DNA from: Malacoraja senta | Taxonomy: Eukaryota | Assembly: GCA_038087875.1 (NCBI GenBank) | Contig: CM075987.1 | Span: forward strand, 19,966,001-20,030,000 | Reading direction: 5' to 3' | Length of the DNA: 64,000 bases | Shown: in pieces, positions 50,165-62,417 of the stretch | How positions within the stretch are numbered: position 1 is the first letter of the stretch | How the letters are laid out: every line of letters begins with the position of its first letter | The notes under the pieces: model-generated | The model's input: the letters and a program-made list of their open reading frames with translations, nothing else | What the model was told of the DNA's origin: nothing | Databases searched by the model: none | Translations under genes and position numbers: made by a program

Positions 50165-50209
50165 GGGGATGAAGGACCAAGTGGACCTTTGGGAGATCCA
50201 GGCCCTGAG
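50165..50209 (+). CDS. col27a1: Collagen exon 10 (45 bp): GDEGPSGPLGDPGPE
   Basis: ttaaag|GGG...GAG|gtatgc; five triplets. Confidence 0.9.
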
Positions 50210-51171
50210 GTATGCTTAAAATTTCAGGCTTTCATTGGTATCAATGGAACCACAAAGAACCTGGAATAAGTTATGGTCAGGCAAAGTTTAATTGTTTAAC
50301 TAACTTAATACCTTGAAGCCAAGTGTTGGATAGAATAAAAGGAGCAGACATATTCTCATTAGATCTCTTCGCAGCCCTTTGCTGTACAAAAAAGTGAGAT
50401 GAGGGTATGAGATGAAATCTGTCCTTAACTTTGGAATAGATTCAAGCAAGTGTAGTATTTAAGAGCCCTGGTAAAACTGATGAGTGTGAATCAAAGGCAC
50501 ACTTCCACTGATTCAAGTGATACCTCACACAAAGGAAGATGATCGTGGTTGTTGAAGTTGGTTATCTCATTCCCAAAACATTACCGCAAGACTTCCTCAG
50601 GGCAGTACCCTAGCCCAACCACCTTCAGCTGTTTTTTACAGACCTTACCTACATTTTTAAGATGAGAAGATGGCATGATCATTAATAGTAAGATTAAATG
50701 AGAACTTACCAGTTTGAAGTTTGATCTTTATTTTATGAGGAGTTACGATGAGGGACTACGTGAAGAAGACCCCGTCCAGCCGCACACGCGTCAATCTTCA
50801 AAGCAGCGGTGTGAAATCACAGATAATAATTACTGATGTATGATAGTAAGATACGTGTTGATTAGAACTACCAGTTGACCTTTATGAGGGGTGGGAGTGG
50901 AGGGCACGTAGTCCCTCATCGTAACTCCTCATAAAATAAAGATCAAACTTCAAACTGGTAAGTTCTCGTTTAATCTTACTATTTTACTTCGGAGTCACGT
51001 GAGTGACTACATGAAGATTTTAAAGCTCTGTGATTTCATGCCGTAGATTCAAATCCAGGCGTCTCACTGCATTGATTGACTCTAAATGAGTAAAGCAATC
51101 AACAATGCATAACCACAACATAGATGCAATCAGTTAATGGTTTATTTATCACAACAATAGTAACCCCTTTA

Positions 51172-52140
51172 TCACAAGGGGGAACTTAATACTGAATCCA
51201 AAACAGCACCACCAAATAACCCAGGTTCTGTAATCTCCTTATGGTAATACTTGTGAAACATCCGTTCACTTGCCCATCCTGTGGCCGCGAGGATATGGTC
51301 TATTGGGACGTCCAAATCCTTGGCCGCCGATGTTGATGCCACCCTGGTGGAATGAGATTTAAATTTGTCAGTATCAATACCTGCATCAACCAACACCTGC
51401 TTCAGCCATCTTGAAATAGTCTGAACCGACACTTTCTTATGCGTTTTTTTATGGCTGATAAAGAATGCTGATTCTGCACCTCTTAAGGTTCTGGTGGCTT
51501 TAATGTAACATCGTAAATGTGATACTACACATAGACGTGGATCTGTAGGATATGCTGAAAAACCAAATTACATCCTGTGACTCCAGGTCTACTCTGTTTA
51601 AGCAAATCATAGACATAGAACGTAATGGCATCTGCTGCTATTTTCATCCTGTCTATTCGGAGTTTCTGCAATGTTTGCACTCTCTGTGCTGAAACCAGTG
51701 CCATGAGCATGACTACCTTCATGGTAATTTTGGCCAAGGACAGAGCTGCAATAGGAGTCCATTGGCGAAGGAGCATTAGCACATTTCTTACATTCCAGAT
51801 TTCTGTATACCTGGGTCTAGGAGGCTTGGAATTGAAAATTCCCTTCATAAACCTACAGACCAAAGGGTGTGACCCTACAGGATTTTGTTCTGATTCCCTC
51901 CATAGATATGCAGAGAGGGCACTCCTTGTAGTATTGATCGCATTATAGCTTAACTGCAAAACAAAATAAAGAGTTGACAGAAACTCTAACACGTCTGAGA
52001 TGTCTGCAGTGTGATATGTAATATTCTGCCTTAAGCAAAACACCTCCCATTTCCTTATGTAAGAAATGTACTGCTTCTGGGTACTATCCCCCCAGGCTGC
52101 GCAATAACATCCACAGTACGATCTGATAGTCCTCTTCCGA
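51172..52140 (-). pseudogene. DIRS tyrosine recombinase, frameshifted
   Basis: RSALS and HPLV.RFMKG core-binding region; catalytic motifs AQRVQTL, HSTR, ATGW, FHKYY. Confidence 0.9.
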
Positions 52141-52152
52141 GATATGGCCTCC

Positions 52153-52732
52153 TTAGAATCTGCAAATCAACAAACCAATACGATCATGTAAAGGATGCGA
52201 ATCACCAGTTACAGGGTGCACAAGCAGGTTTTCCTGTTTAGGAATAATCATAAGGGGCTTTGTGATCATTTTTAACACCAGAGGGTACCACGGTTGTGTA
52301 GGCCAGTCTGGTACCACCAATACTCCTGAAGCGGAGTCCTGTTTGATCTTCTGTATACACCGACTAATGAGGCAAAATGGAGGAAAATGCAAACAAAAAC
52401 ATTCTACCCCAATGCAGCGAGAAAGCATCCACCATGACTGCCCCAGGATCAGGTTCCCATGACACATATTTAGGTAATTGGTGGTTAAGTCTGGATGCAA
52501 ACAAGTCAATCTCTGGCATCCCAAACCATGCAACAATTTTATTAAATTTGTCACGATCCAACATCCATTCTGTATTGTCATTGAATTTACGTGACCTTGT
52601 ATCTGCAACTATGTTGAATCTACCTGGTAGGTAGATTGCTGAAAGCCAAATGTTTCTGGTAATACACCAGGTCCAGATCATGTTTGCCAATCTATCACAA
52701 GATTCTGACGATACCACCCATATGATTAACAT
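52153..52732 (-). pseudogene. DIRS RNase H end and DNA N6-adenine methyltransferase-like domain, frameshifted
   Basis: YLPGRFNIVAD..SR; DLFASRLNHQLP, DAFS..W, FPPF, VVPDWPTQPWYP. Confidence 0.8.
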
Positions 52733-53951
52733 ACGCTACTGCCGTAGTGTTGTCAATCTGTACCAGAACATGCAAATTTTGCATATTAGAGCAATAAGCT
52801 TTAAGCACATAAAATGTTCCTAAAAGCTCTAGGTAATTGATCCCTTGTTCTTGGAGCAAAGATACTTCCTCCACATTCCATCTACCTCCACCGCTGGAAA
52901 TAGTATTAGTAGCGCCCCAACCTAGAGCACTTACATCGATCTGTAGAATAATGGAAGGTGTTTCAACCAGAATTTCTCTGGAAGCATTAGAGACACTCCT
53001 GATCCACCATTGTATTTCAGTAATAGCTGCAACTGGCAATTGCATGGGCCTGTCAAAATGCCCTGAATGTATCCTCAATGCCTGTTCCTTTGCTCGCTGT
53101 AATTGCTGATAATGCAGTGGTCCAAACTGTACAGCAGGAAATGAAGCAATTAGTTTGCCAAGCAAGCTTGCTACCTGCCTAATTAAGGGTTGGTGCTGTG
53201 TAATGAGCTTAATACAACCTTCAATTAACTGCAGCCTTTTATCCTTGGGCAGAGTCACTACCATGTGTTCTGAATTAATAGTGAAACCCAAGTAATCAAT
53301 TACTGTGCTTGGTAATAGTTTGGATTTAACTGGATGGATAATAAATCCCAGCCTCTCGAAAGTGAGCTTGATTCTTGACACTGATGCTTCTGTTGTAGCC
53401 CGAGTGTCTCCCACAATCAGAATATCATTCAAATAGGCCATTACCAAATGGCCCTGAGCTCTTAGTAGTGCTAAGATTGGTTTTAACAATTTGGCAAATA
53501 ATCTCGGAGCTGAGGTTAAACCATTAGGCAATGCTTTAAATTGCCATAATTGACTCATCCATCTAAATTATAAGTACCTCCGATCATTACCATGCACAGC
53601 CACAGAGTAATATGCATCTTGAAGATCTATGCTAGCCATATAGCATTTTCTTGAAATTAGCCGTATGGCATTGGCAAATGTCTCCATTTTAAAATGTTTA
53701 TACTGTACAAAAGGGTTAAGACTTGTCAGATCTAGAATAATTCTACACCCACCATCCTTTTTTGCTCTAGGAAAAATACTTGACACAAATTGGTGGTGTT
53801 GGTGAACTGACTTCTCAATTACCCCTTTTTTACACAATATTTCAAGTTCTGCCTGAATCTCCATATTCTCTTTTGAGAAAATACGTGTCCGACTTGAAAT
53901 ATGCTGAGTAGGAGGATCCAAATATGGGTAGAATTCAATTCTAAACCCCAC
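52695..53951 (-). pseudogene. DIRS reverse transcriptase and RNase H, disrupted
   Basis: RIILDLTSLN, IDLQDAYY, FKALPNGLTSAPRLF, YLND (YLDD mutated); RNase H motifs IDVSALGWG, INYLEL, IDNTTAVAY. Confidence 0.9.
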
Positions 53952-54055
53952 AATACTGCACAGTATTAATGCATCAGATGTTATTTTTTGCCATTCTTTT
54001 AGGAAGAATTGTAATCTTCCTCCAACTTGTGAGTGTGAAACATTTAATATGTCTC

Positions 54056-55497
54056 TTACAGGACCAGACCACCTACCTCGGGGTTTGCCGATGGCAAATG
54101 TTGTCCCCTGCTCTTAGTGGGAATACTGTAACCTCCACGTGCCCCAGGCGCAGTGCAGCAATAACGCATATATGGGAAGGACCAACTTGTTCCTTCACCG
54201 GCCCCAGTCACCACACGTCGGTAGGGAAACTGCCTTCGAATTGATCTGCCAAGCACCGGTGGTTTCATCATCCCCACGGTTTTTGCTTCTTCATTCAGGT
54301 CTTTTACGCTTTTGGCTAGATTCTCTCCATAAAGCAGATTAGGCAATTGAATATTAGATGGTTTACAGAGCCCCGCAAACTTAGGGTGTATGTTAGGTCT
54401 TGTAGCACTTTTACGAATACAGTTTATTTCAAAGTGCGCACTACACATGAGTGCTAAGGCATCCTGTTGTGATGTAGACACGTGCTCCTCATCCAAGCCT
54501 CTGGCGAAAGCCATAATGCCTGACCCCAGCAATTTCAACACCCGCTGTAATTTCATTTCTTGTGCGCGTACTGCAATGCCTAAATAGCCCCATATTACAT
54601 TATTCACCGCTGGGACTGCTAGCAGTGCGCAATTCTGCAGGGTTTCATATTTTTTGACAGTCTCATCCATGTTCAGTTCCTGGAGCTGATGCGAGAGCAA
54701 GTAATTTATTGTCATTGCTAATTCATTTCCCAATGGTTCCCCTGTTAGTCTGGGAACAGCAAATTTTTATGCCAGACCTGGTATTTTAGGCTCTGTTATT
54801 GGGCTCTGGTCCTCATATGATTCGTCATCTGAATCTTGCTGCTGCTCCTCATGGTGGGGGCGATCTGGCATCCCTGCTTCAGGTGTTTCTAGCGCTGGCT
54901 CTCCCATAGGCCCACGCATAGCAAACCCTTTTCCAGATGCTCCCCGCGCGGGCTCTCCTGTAGGCCCACGCATAGGCAGCCCTCTTTCAGGTGCTGCTGG
55001 CGCTGGCTCTCCTGTAGGCCAACGCCTATACTGTGTTCCTTCAGACATTGTTGGCGCTGGCTCTCCTGTAGGCCAACGCATAAAATGCCTTTGTTCAGGC
55101 ATTGCTGGCGCTGGCTCTCCTGTAGGCCAATGCTGAGCCCCACCTATCCCAGGCACTCCCTGCGCTGGCTCTCCTGTAGGCCAACGCGGGCTGTATTCCT
55201 CCTGGAGTGGGTCTTGATAAATCATTTTCCCCATGAGGAATTCTAAATTAGCGACCCGAGCAGCCATAATGTCTGCCTGAGGCGGGGGAACCTCCGGGTC
55301 TGACTCCTCAGAGTCTTCTGGTCGCACGGACTTTTGCCCGGCCTTGCGCCCTAATGGCGCTGCAACGGTACTTTGTTCAACCGTTTCTGGAGTCAATGGC
55401 CTTGCTGCCACCGACTCCTCAAACGGGCGTCCGCTACCCTCAGACCTTCTTGAGTTTTACCTGCGGTACGCCTCCTCCCTTTACGCCCTCTCTCCAT
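54056..55497 (-). pseudogene. DIRS ORF1 (Gag-like), frameshifted, with six 18-aa tandem repeats
   Basis: ORF pieces 55393-55620, 54767-55411 and 54056-54733 lie upstream of RT; probable ATG at 55497. Confidence 0.7.
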
Positions 55498-58338
55498 TCT
55501 AACTTGTGTTGTCTTACAACTACAAGTCTCTCCGAAGAAGGCATCCTGAAAGCGAAAGTGAAACCACCTACCTTCAGGCTTTTTAAACTTACCGCTTGGA
55601 GGAGCTCTGCTCCTCCACACATGGTCACTGCGCTATGCGTCTGACGATATGACGCGTATGCGGCTGGACGGGGTCTTCTTCACGTAATCACTCACGTGAC
55701 TCCGAAGTAAAATGTCCAATTCTATTTGCATGGTTACAAGCAAATCCACAATATCAAACCATACAATTTTTGTTTTTTTCAGTATGTATTTGCATAACAG
55801 TAGTAACTACCTATATCCCACTGTTGGGTGGCTATTGGAGAGTATTTTACAACTTACAAGAATCCTAAAAGTAAGATGCTTGGACAAGCAATTAGAAATT
55901 TGCTGTACAATAGATAAGCAAGCACCTTAATGCCCTAGGAAAAGACTTCCTTATCCTAGTCCAATGTATTCAATGATTCACGAGATCTTAAATATTCCAC
56001 AAAGCTGTAATATTCTACTCATAACAATTTTTCTTTCACCTGGAGATCTGATAATTTAATTTCTATAATAATTCAATTTGAGTTATTTTATGCCAAATAA
56101 TTAAATATGTTAATTGGACTTTAAATAATTTTTCAGCATTTTATAAAGTTTTAGCAATTTGTCTTTAACTGGCACAATTAAAATTGCAACTGACTATTGT
56201 GGATAATCTAAGGGCGTGAGAGTTGAAAATGGAAGCAAAAGGATGTAAAGTCTAATCTACAGTGTCTCTATTCCCCAGTCTTCAAATTTTTCTCAGATTT
56301 TACAACCCGCTATCTTTTCCAAATCGAATGTTCTTAAATTAAACACAACTTTCAGTCAATAGCAATTCTCATTGAACCAGTTAATGACTCATTATAGTGA
56401 GAACTCTTCAAAACTTGAAGGGGAAAATGGGAAGCATAATTTGGAGGAAGGAAATGCTGAGTGGGACTTAAGTGAGAACTCTGGGTGTAAATTTTAAAGG
56501 ATAAAGGAACAGGTCAGACTCATGGGAAAAGTTTGATGCAATCTTGAATGATATGCAGAAATGATATTGACTAAGATTTAAGTTCAGAAACATTGAACAA
56601 AATTTTGGGGAAGAAGGTTTGGGAAAGAGCACAAATTGAATTTTAAAGGAAGATGACATGGGCAATTTGCAGGATGCATTGACTGAAATTTGCAGAATAG
56701 AGTGAAAGACAAGATTTGAAATGAGGATGCAGGAAGCAAACAAAATTTGGAGGAAGCAAACTATGGAAAAAGCAATGTAAACAAGAATTTGGACACTTCT
56801 GATCGAGATTTGGCCAATCATTGTTACTGATTTGATTAATCAATTTAAGAAATAACATTCAGAACAATTGAATTCGTGACTAACAGATTTCTGGGATGGT
56901 TTGTATGTGGTATGACTTGAATATCTGCACACTGAACATAGATTTGTAACAGACCGCATATCATTTGAAACTGGCATCTTGATTGATGCATTGAATAACA
57001 ATCCATTCTGTTTACAGAATGAATCACATTAGGGATACGATTCACCCTGTCATTGATAGGAAATTGAAGGCTGCATTGCTTACAGATTTCTCATTGAATA
57101 GGAGATGGATGAAGATCTTACTTGCTGATGACAACTAAAATCTAGGTGTTAATCTTATTTTTGTGTTGAGTCAGTAAGTAATATCCCTGATGGAAATGGA
57201 ATGTTTTAATTTAAATAACTTAAGTAAATGACAAAGTTGGCATGACACACTGATTAATTTTAAAAATCTCCCCTTAAGATTCTCTCAACACGACTCAAGC
57301 ACCAACTCAGAAAGATACTCTTCACAGTATGAATTTTCCCATTTCTCATATGTCCATTCTTGTGGTCAATTTCTGTGCCAGTATGTGCTGAAGGTTTGCC
57401 AGCTTTGTGAAGCAAGTCTGTTCTTGTTAACATCTGGCTTGCCACTGAACAGACTAATTTCGCATGGTATCTGTACCGTAAAGAAAGAAGAGACTTTCAT
57501 CCCAGCAGTTTGGATTGCTTTCAAACCTATACACCAGATATGAAAGAACAAGGTGCTAACCCAATAAATGACAACATTCCACATTAGTGATGACATTTTA
57601 CAGCATACCATTCCTTCAGAATAATGCCAAGTGTTAAACTCTGGGCTAATCCAAATCTTAAAGAGACCAGAGGTCTTCTGATACATTTAAGTAAAGGCTT
57701 TTTATGATAGACCAGTGAAATGCATAAAACAAGAAGATCTCAGTCTGAATGGCTTTTTGGTTGTGTTAGGTGCAGCGATTTCAGCTGTGCAGGCACAATG
57801 TCATACAATTGGTCGAGGAAACACTAGACTAAAAAGCAGTTAAAAGTAATCTGCAAAGATTTATATTACTATTTCTAAGTCAACATATGCTTTATGCCTT
57901 TATGCTTGGTGGAAGCTTGTAAATGTTATGTCAATCAATATTAAGTATGAGTAATATTAAATTAGTCTTGGCATCACCAATTCTGAAACACTGTTTCTCA
58001 AACAATATCGCTTCTTAATAGCTTGGGTGAGCTGGTGAAAGTGTTTGTTCTGTGATCCACTTGAATTTCCGACCATGGAGGAGAGTTTCACCCACCTGGG
58101 ACATCTATCAGGAATTTGTACAAGAGCTGCCTGTAATGTTCCTACTCCTAATTGTGTGGAATGCATTCCACTTGGGCAGGTCCCCGAATTTCAAGGGCTA
58201 TATGATGTATTACACCAATGTTCTGAGGTAGCCCCCAACTTTTAATGACATTTACAATTCTTCTCAATGGGTTTTGGAATGGATCTAGTATTCAAGCATG
58301 TGGCATTAATTTATTTCTATTTATGTGTATTATTCTAG

Positions 58339-58392
58339 GGACGTCCTGGGAGGAGAGGATTTCCAGGCAAACCAGGACCTGATGGTCCTAAG
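58339..58392 (+). CDS. col27a1: Collagen exon 11 (54 bp): GRPGRRGFPGKPGPDGPK
   Basis: ttctag|GGA...AAG|gtaaag; six triplets. Confidence 0.92.
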
Positions 58393-60437
58393 GTAAAGAA
58401 TACATGGATATAACAACATTGGTCGTATTTTGACTGTTTTGGGTACATTTAACTAGAATTACAGCTAAACAGTAAAATCTAAAATGCATTTCAAGAAATG
58501 TTTCCTCCAACATTTCACGATCACATTACATTAAAGTTCATTGATGTCCTCTGAGAGATGATAGCACCAGAATATAACTTTAGCTTTAATAAACATTTAT
58601 TAAAGTAAATTGTCATATTACAAACAATTTGTGCATGGAATAGAGAGAAATATGATTCTGGATAGAAATGCAATTCTTTACCAAAATCTCTAAAATGAGG
58701 CTGGTCCTTGTTTAAATTGAAATTGTAGCAGATTGAACCAAACTTAGCACTGTTTAGTTTCATCTTAACAAGTTAACAAAAATATATATCAGCAAATTCT
58801 TTATCCTATTTTATGTTTTGCCGCCGAGGCAGGAATTGTGCAGTGAGGATATATTGGCTGCCTGGGAGAGATTAAATTCTAACGTCCTGTTTGCAGATGG
58901 CCCTGTACGTTTTGAAAACAGGCATTTCTGTGGGTTCTAGCCCAGAAGAATATCAAGATTCTGGGAGCATGACACCCCAATGGAAAGACACACCAGCAGT
59001 TGCCCATATTATTCTTTTTCCAGTTGGGAGGAGAACATATGCATCCATGAAAATGATTTTTAATTGATCTTTTAGTGTCACTTTTGCCAGATTGCCAGTT
59101 ACTGGTCATTGTTTTAAGGCGTAATTTGCGAATTTATTGGAACTATTACAAAAAACAGGCACAGGATCCAGACATCCCACGGGTGATGTGTAATTGGCCA
59201 GAGTGCTGATGTAAATGGAGCTGCGGTATCTGTGAGCTCCAACTTGAATTAAAATCAATTCTCTTGCCTGACAGTCTCACAAAGCAAGTTCATGCTTTAT
59301 TGAGTATTAAACATTCTGTGGACTCAAAACATTCTTAATTTTGTACTTTTTTTAGGAAGAAATGTGTGAAACTTTCTAAAGTTGTGCACTTTTTCATAAT
59401 TATAGTCACACTTACACCATAACATTACACACACAAGAGTGAATCAGAGATTATAATAATTTCCTCGCACAGCCATTGTTTTTCTTGTGATGGTACGTGC
59501 CAGTACACTGTACCAGCACCTCTAATGTGACACATATGTTTATTAATCATGCTTAGCGATTGGACAGTGTAAGTGAATGAATTAGAACATTTATTTATTT
59601 AGACTTAGAATTTAGTTATTATAAATTAAATATCCCCAATGTTGGGTATGTTAATGGAAACAAATTGTTGATAAATATAACTTAATTTTAATTGAGATGT
59701 GTACTGGCACATTTTTGTCCAGAAGTAAGGCACTTTGCACAGCACATAGCCTATCGTAGTGAAATATTTGCAACAAAAAATGAATTGGTATCTCAAATAT
59801 CAAAGGGAGATTCCATCATTTTCCTAACATTTGACCTCACATTGAACTGTTCCCCACACTTTGGTAACTGCGAGGTTCTGTTTGAAATTCTGTTTATTAT
59901 TTATTGGCAATGAAGAACTGCTTTGGAAGTATGCATCATATATTCAATATCAATGTACTGCAAGGGAAGCACAAATTATAGGAAAGTAATAAATGTAAAA
60001 TTATCTTGATATAATTACTGCATTTCGATCTTAGTTAAGTATTGAACTTCTATGGATGTGACAGTATCGGATGACGATATTATATAAATTTCTATAATAG
60101 TTTAATGGCATTGCCTCTTACTTATGACGAGCATGCCATTTTCATGGAATTTCATGGGCCCATTGTGCACATATGAATCTGGCTATTGTTTTATGACCGT
60201 GAACATGTTGAGCTTAAATAAGTTGAAGCTTAAGAGATAAATGTATTGATTTGTGATAAACTGTAATCAGGCCCCCACTGATCCTGGAAATGCATTATTT
60301 AGATTAAGGAATTCGTTTTCTTTTCTTGTAGAAATTCCAGGTTCTGGAGAATTTTGTAACATTTCAAAATAATCTTTAAATATGTTAGTATGAAGCTGTA
60401 TTTGCTAAGATTTTGATTGTTTTCTCCCAACCCAAAG

Positions 60438-60482
60438 GGTGAACCTGGCGATCTTGGAAGAGTGGGGAAAGTTGGAGAGCAG
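60438..60482 (+). CDS. col27a1: Collagen exon 12 (45 bp): GEPGDLGRVGKVGEQ
   Basis: ccaaag|GGT...CAG|gtactg; five triplets. Confidence 0.9.
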
Positions 60483-61759
60483 GTACTGATTGGCTTTTTG
60501 TTCGTATTTCATAACCACAATTCATTGTATCAAGCCGTATTTTATTTATTGCACATCTGGCGTAAATCTAAACGTGTCCAATTTTAACCATGCACCATTT
60601 AAGCACTTAGTCCTGCTAAAACACATTTGCAAACCAAACATGGACTTTTACAACTGTTTGTGCAGAGCTGGCAATATTGAATGTTGTATGTGCTAATCAA
60701 TAAAAATACTGATTGCTGGAGAACAAATTGTGGTCCAGTCATTGCACTGCATAGTTGGGAAATTGATCATTGTTAATGAACCACTGTAAGTATCTTATTT
60801 CCATCAATAATATGTGTAGAGATTGTTTGCAAACATCTTGTGCCTTCAGTACATTTTGCTCAATTTTAACTCTACAAATGTTTTAAATTAATTTTTTAAC
60901 TATTTCAAAATAAACAAGGAGAATAAAATCAGAACCGTCATTGTATGCTGAGTGATTCTTTTGACAAGTTGTTACATGTTGGAAGTATCACAAACATAAC
61001 AGGGAAATACAGGTGGCCATGGAGAAGTGGCAAGCAGAACCCAAGGATCTACACTTATGGCAGGAATGAGAGAGTGTGTTTCATGGGGAGAATCGTCCAT
61101 TGGTCATTGTTAGTGCCTCGCAAACATTACACAGTTAAAGATAGATTCGCTGGCTGCTGCATTATCTAAGTTACCAGGGGAGCAGGCATACATTGTCAAG
61201 TAGATAATGAGTAAGCAACATAAATTAATACAGCATTTCCATAAAATCACTATTTGTACAGCATGGAAAAAATGGATATGAATCTGTATTATATCCCAGG
61301 TAGTCATGAAGTATTGAGATATTAATACATATAAGAGATATGGAAATTCTGCATGTAGGCCATGTGCAAAGATCTGATCAGAACAGGATAACCAAGATAA
61401 GTTGAAATTAATTTCTAGTTTATAAAGAAAAAAGGGCTGCAGCAATATGGTGTCAAAGTAGGGAAATGGAATTGATAGGATTGATTTTTAATCGAACAAG
61501 CATAAACTAAATAGTCTGTTAAACTGTAATGTTCGATGACGCATTATGATTTTCTGGTACCTCCACTATTTTCGCACTCACTGAGGAACTTAATTCAGAT
61601 CTGATCTGTGCAGTGCCTTCCATCCATAAATCCCACTGAAATACTGGTTAAAACTATATCAAAATGTGATAGAAATTAAACAGATCAGTGAAAATGATGA
61701 ATTGTTCAAAAAATTTAATAATCAGCATTACCTAACAATACTTAACTGTAATTAAAAAA

Positions 61760-61975
61760 AATATATGAAGGAAAATAGAGAGATTCCAAGGAATTATAGG
61801 CCGGTAAGCCTCACGATACAAGAAGGATTGTTAAGTTATTGGAGAGGATTCTTCAGAACAGGATTTACGCCCATTTGAAAGGGAATGGACTAATTAGGAA
61901 CAGTGAGCATGGCTTTGTACATGGCAGGCCATATCTTACTAATTTGATCGAGTTTTTCGAGGCCGTGACAAAAGT
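61760..61975 (+). mobile_element. CR1 RT N-terminal fragment
   Basis: PRNYRPVSLT (~61786-61816) and HGFVHGRPYLTNLIEFFE (~61908-61962). Confidence 0.75.
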
Positions 61976-62363
61976 TTGATGTTCTGCCACCCAAGTTAGA
62001 ATGATACAACTGACGCAAAAAATAAGTGCAATGTCACTCGGTCCATTTCAGTCAACGGAAAATAATAATAATAATATTGGCAATCCATCCAATCCCAGGG
62101 GTACCCGCCCTGTTTTCTACAGATTTCTGAGGGCCCTGTTTGAACTTTTTTGTATTGGCTGGACATTTTGTGACACATGACCCAATTTAGGATAATTTGT
62201 ATAAAATTGCTGCGAATATGCAAACCTAATTAATCAATGAAGTAACGCTTCAAAGTCCATGCACAATTATTGGTCTATTTCCAGGTCAAATTAGTTATTA
62301 ATTGGTGGATTCACAACGTTTGTTATTGCTTTTAAAATGAAAGAATGTTCTTTTCTTTACCAG

Positions 62364-62417
62364 GGCGTGGCAGGATTCATGGGACCAATTGGAGCGCTTG
62401 GGAAGATTGGGGAAAAG
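62364..62417 (+). CDS. col27a1: Collagen exon 13 (54 bp): GVAGFMGPIGALGKIGEK
   Basis: taccag|GGC...AAG|gtatat; six triplets. Confidence 0.92.

Larger units (their letters stand above)
50684..55713 (-). mobile_element. Full-length DIRS1-type tyrosine-recombinase retrotransposon with frameshifted ORFs
   Basis: 37-bp ITRs (50757-50793 and 55650-55686); ICR 50905-51017 complementary to both termini; gene order Gag, RT, RNase H, methyltransferase, YR on the minus strand. Confidence 0.95.

Noticed and set aside
54860..55190. CRISPR-like repeat/spacer pattern (26-bp constant, 28-bp variable)
   Set aside because: The variable parts resemble each other, the array is in frame inside a retrotransposon Gag ORF, the context is eukaryotic and there are no cas genes.
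54860..55190. Link between the 54-bp Gag repeat and the 54-bp collagen exon unit
   Set aside because: The units are not Gly-X-Y, lie antisense to the gene, lack splice sites and show no similarity to the exons; the equal length looks coincidental.
61003..61029. Possible extra collagen exon (cag|GNTGGHGEV)
   Set aside because: Gly periodicity stops after three triplets, there is no pyrimidine tract or correctly placed donor, and exons 12 and 13 already join as expected.
4138..62417. Alternative identity as COL24A1
   Set aside because: Same clade and similar exon sizes, but exons 2, 4, 9, 11 and 12 fit recalled COL27A1 better. A reciprocal BLAST would settle it.
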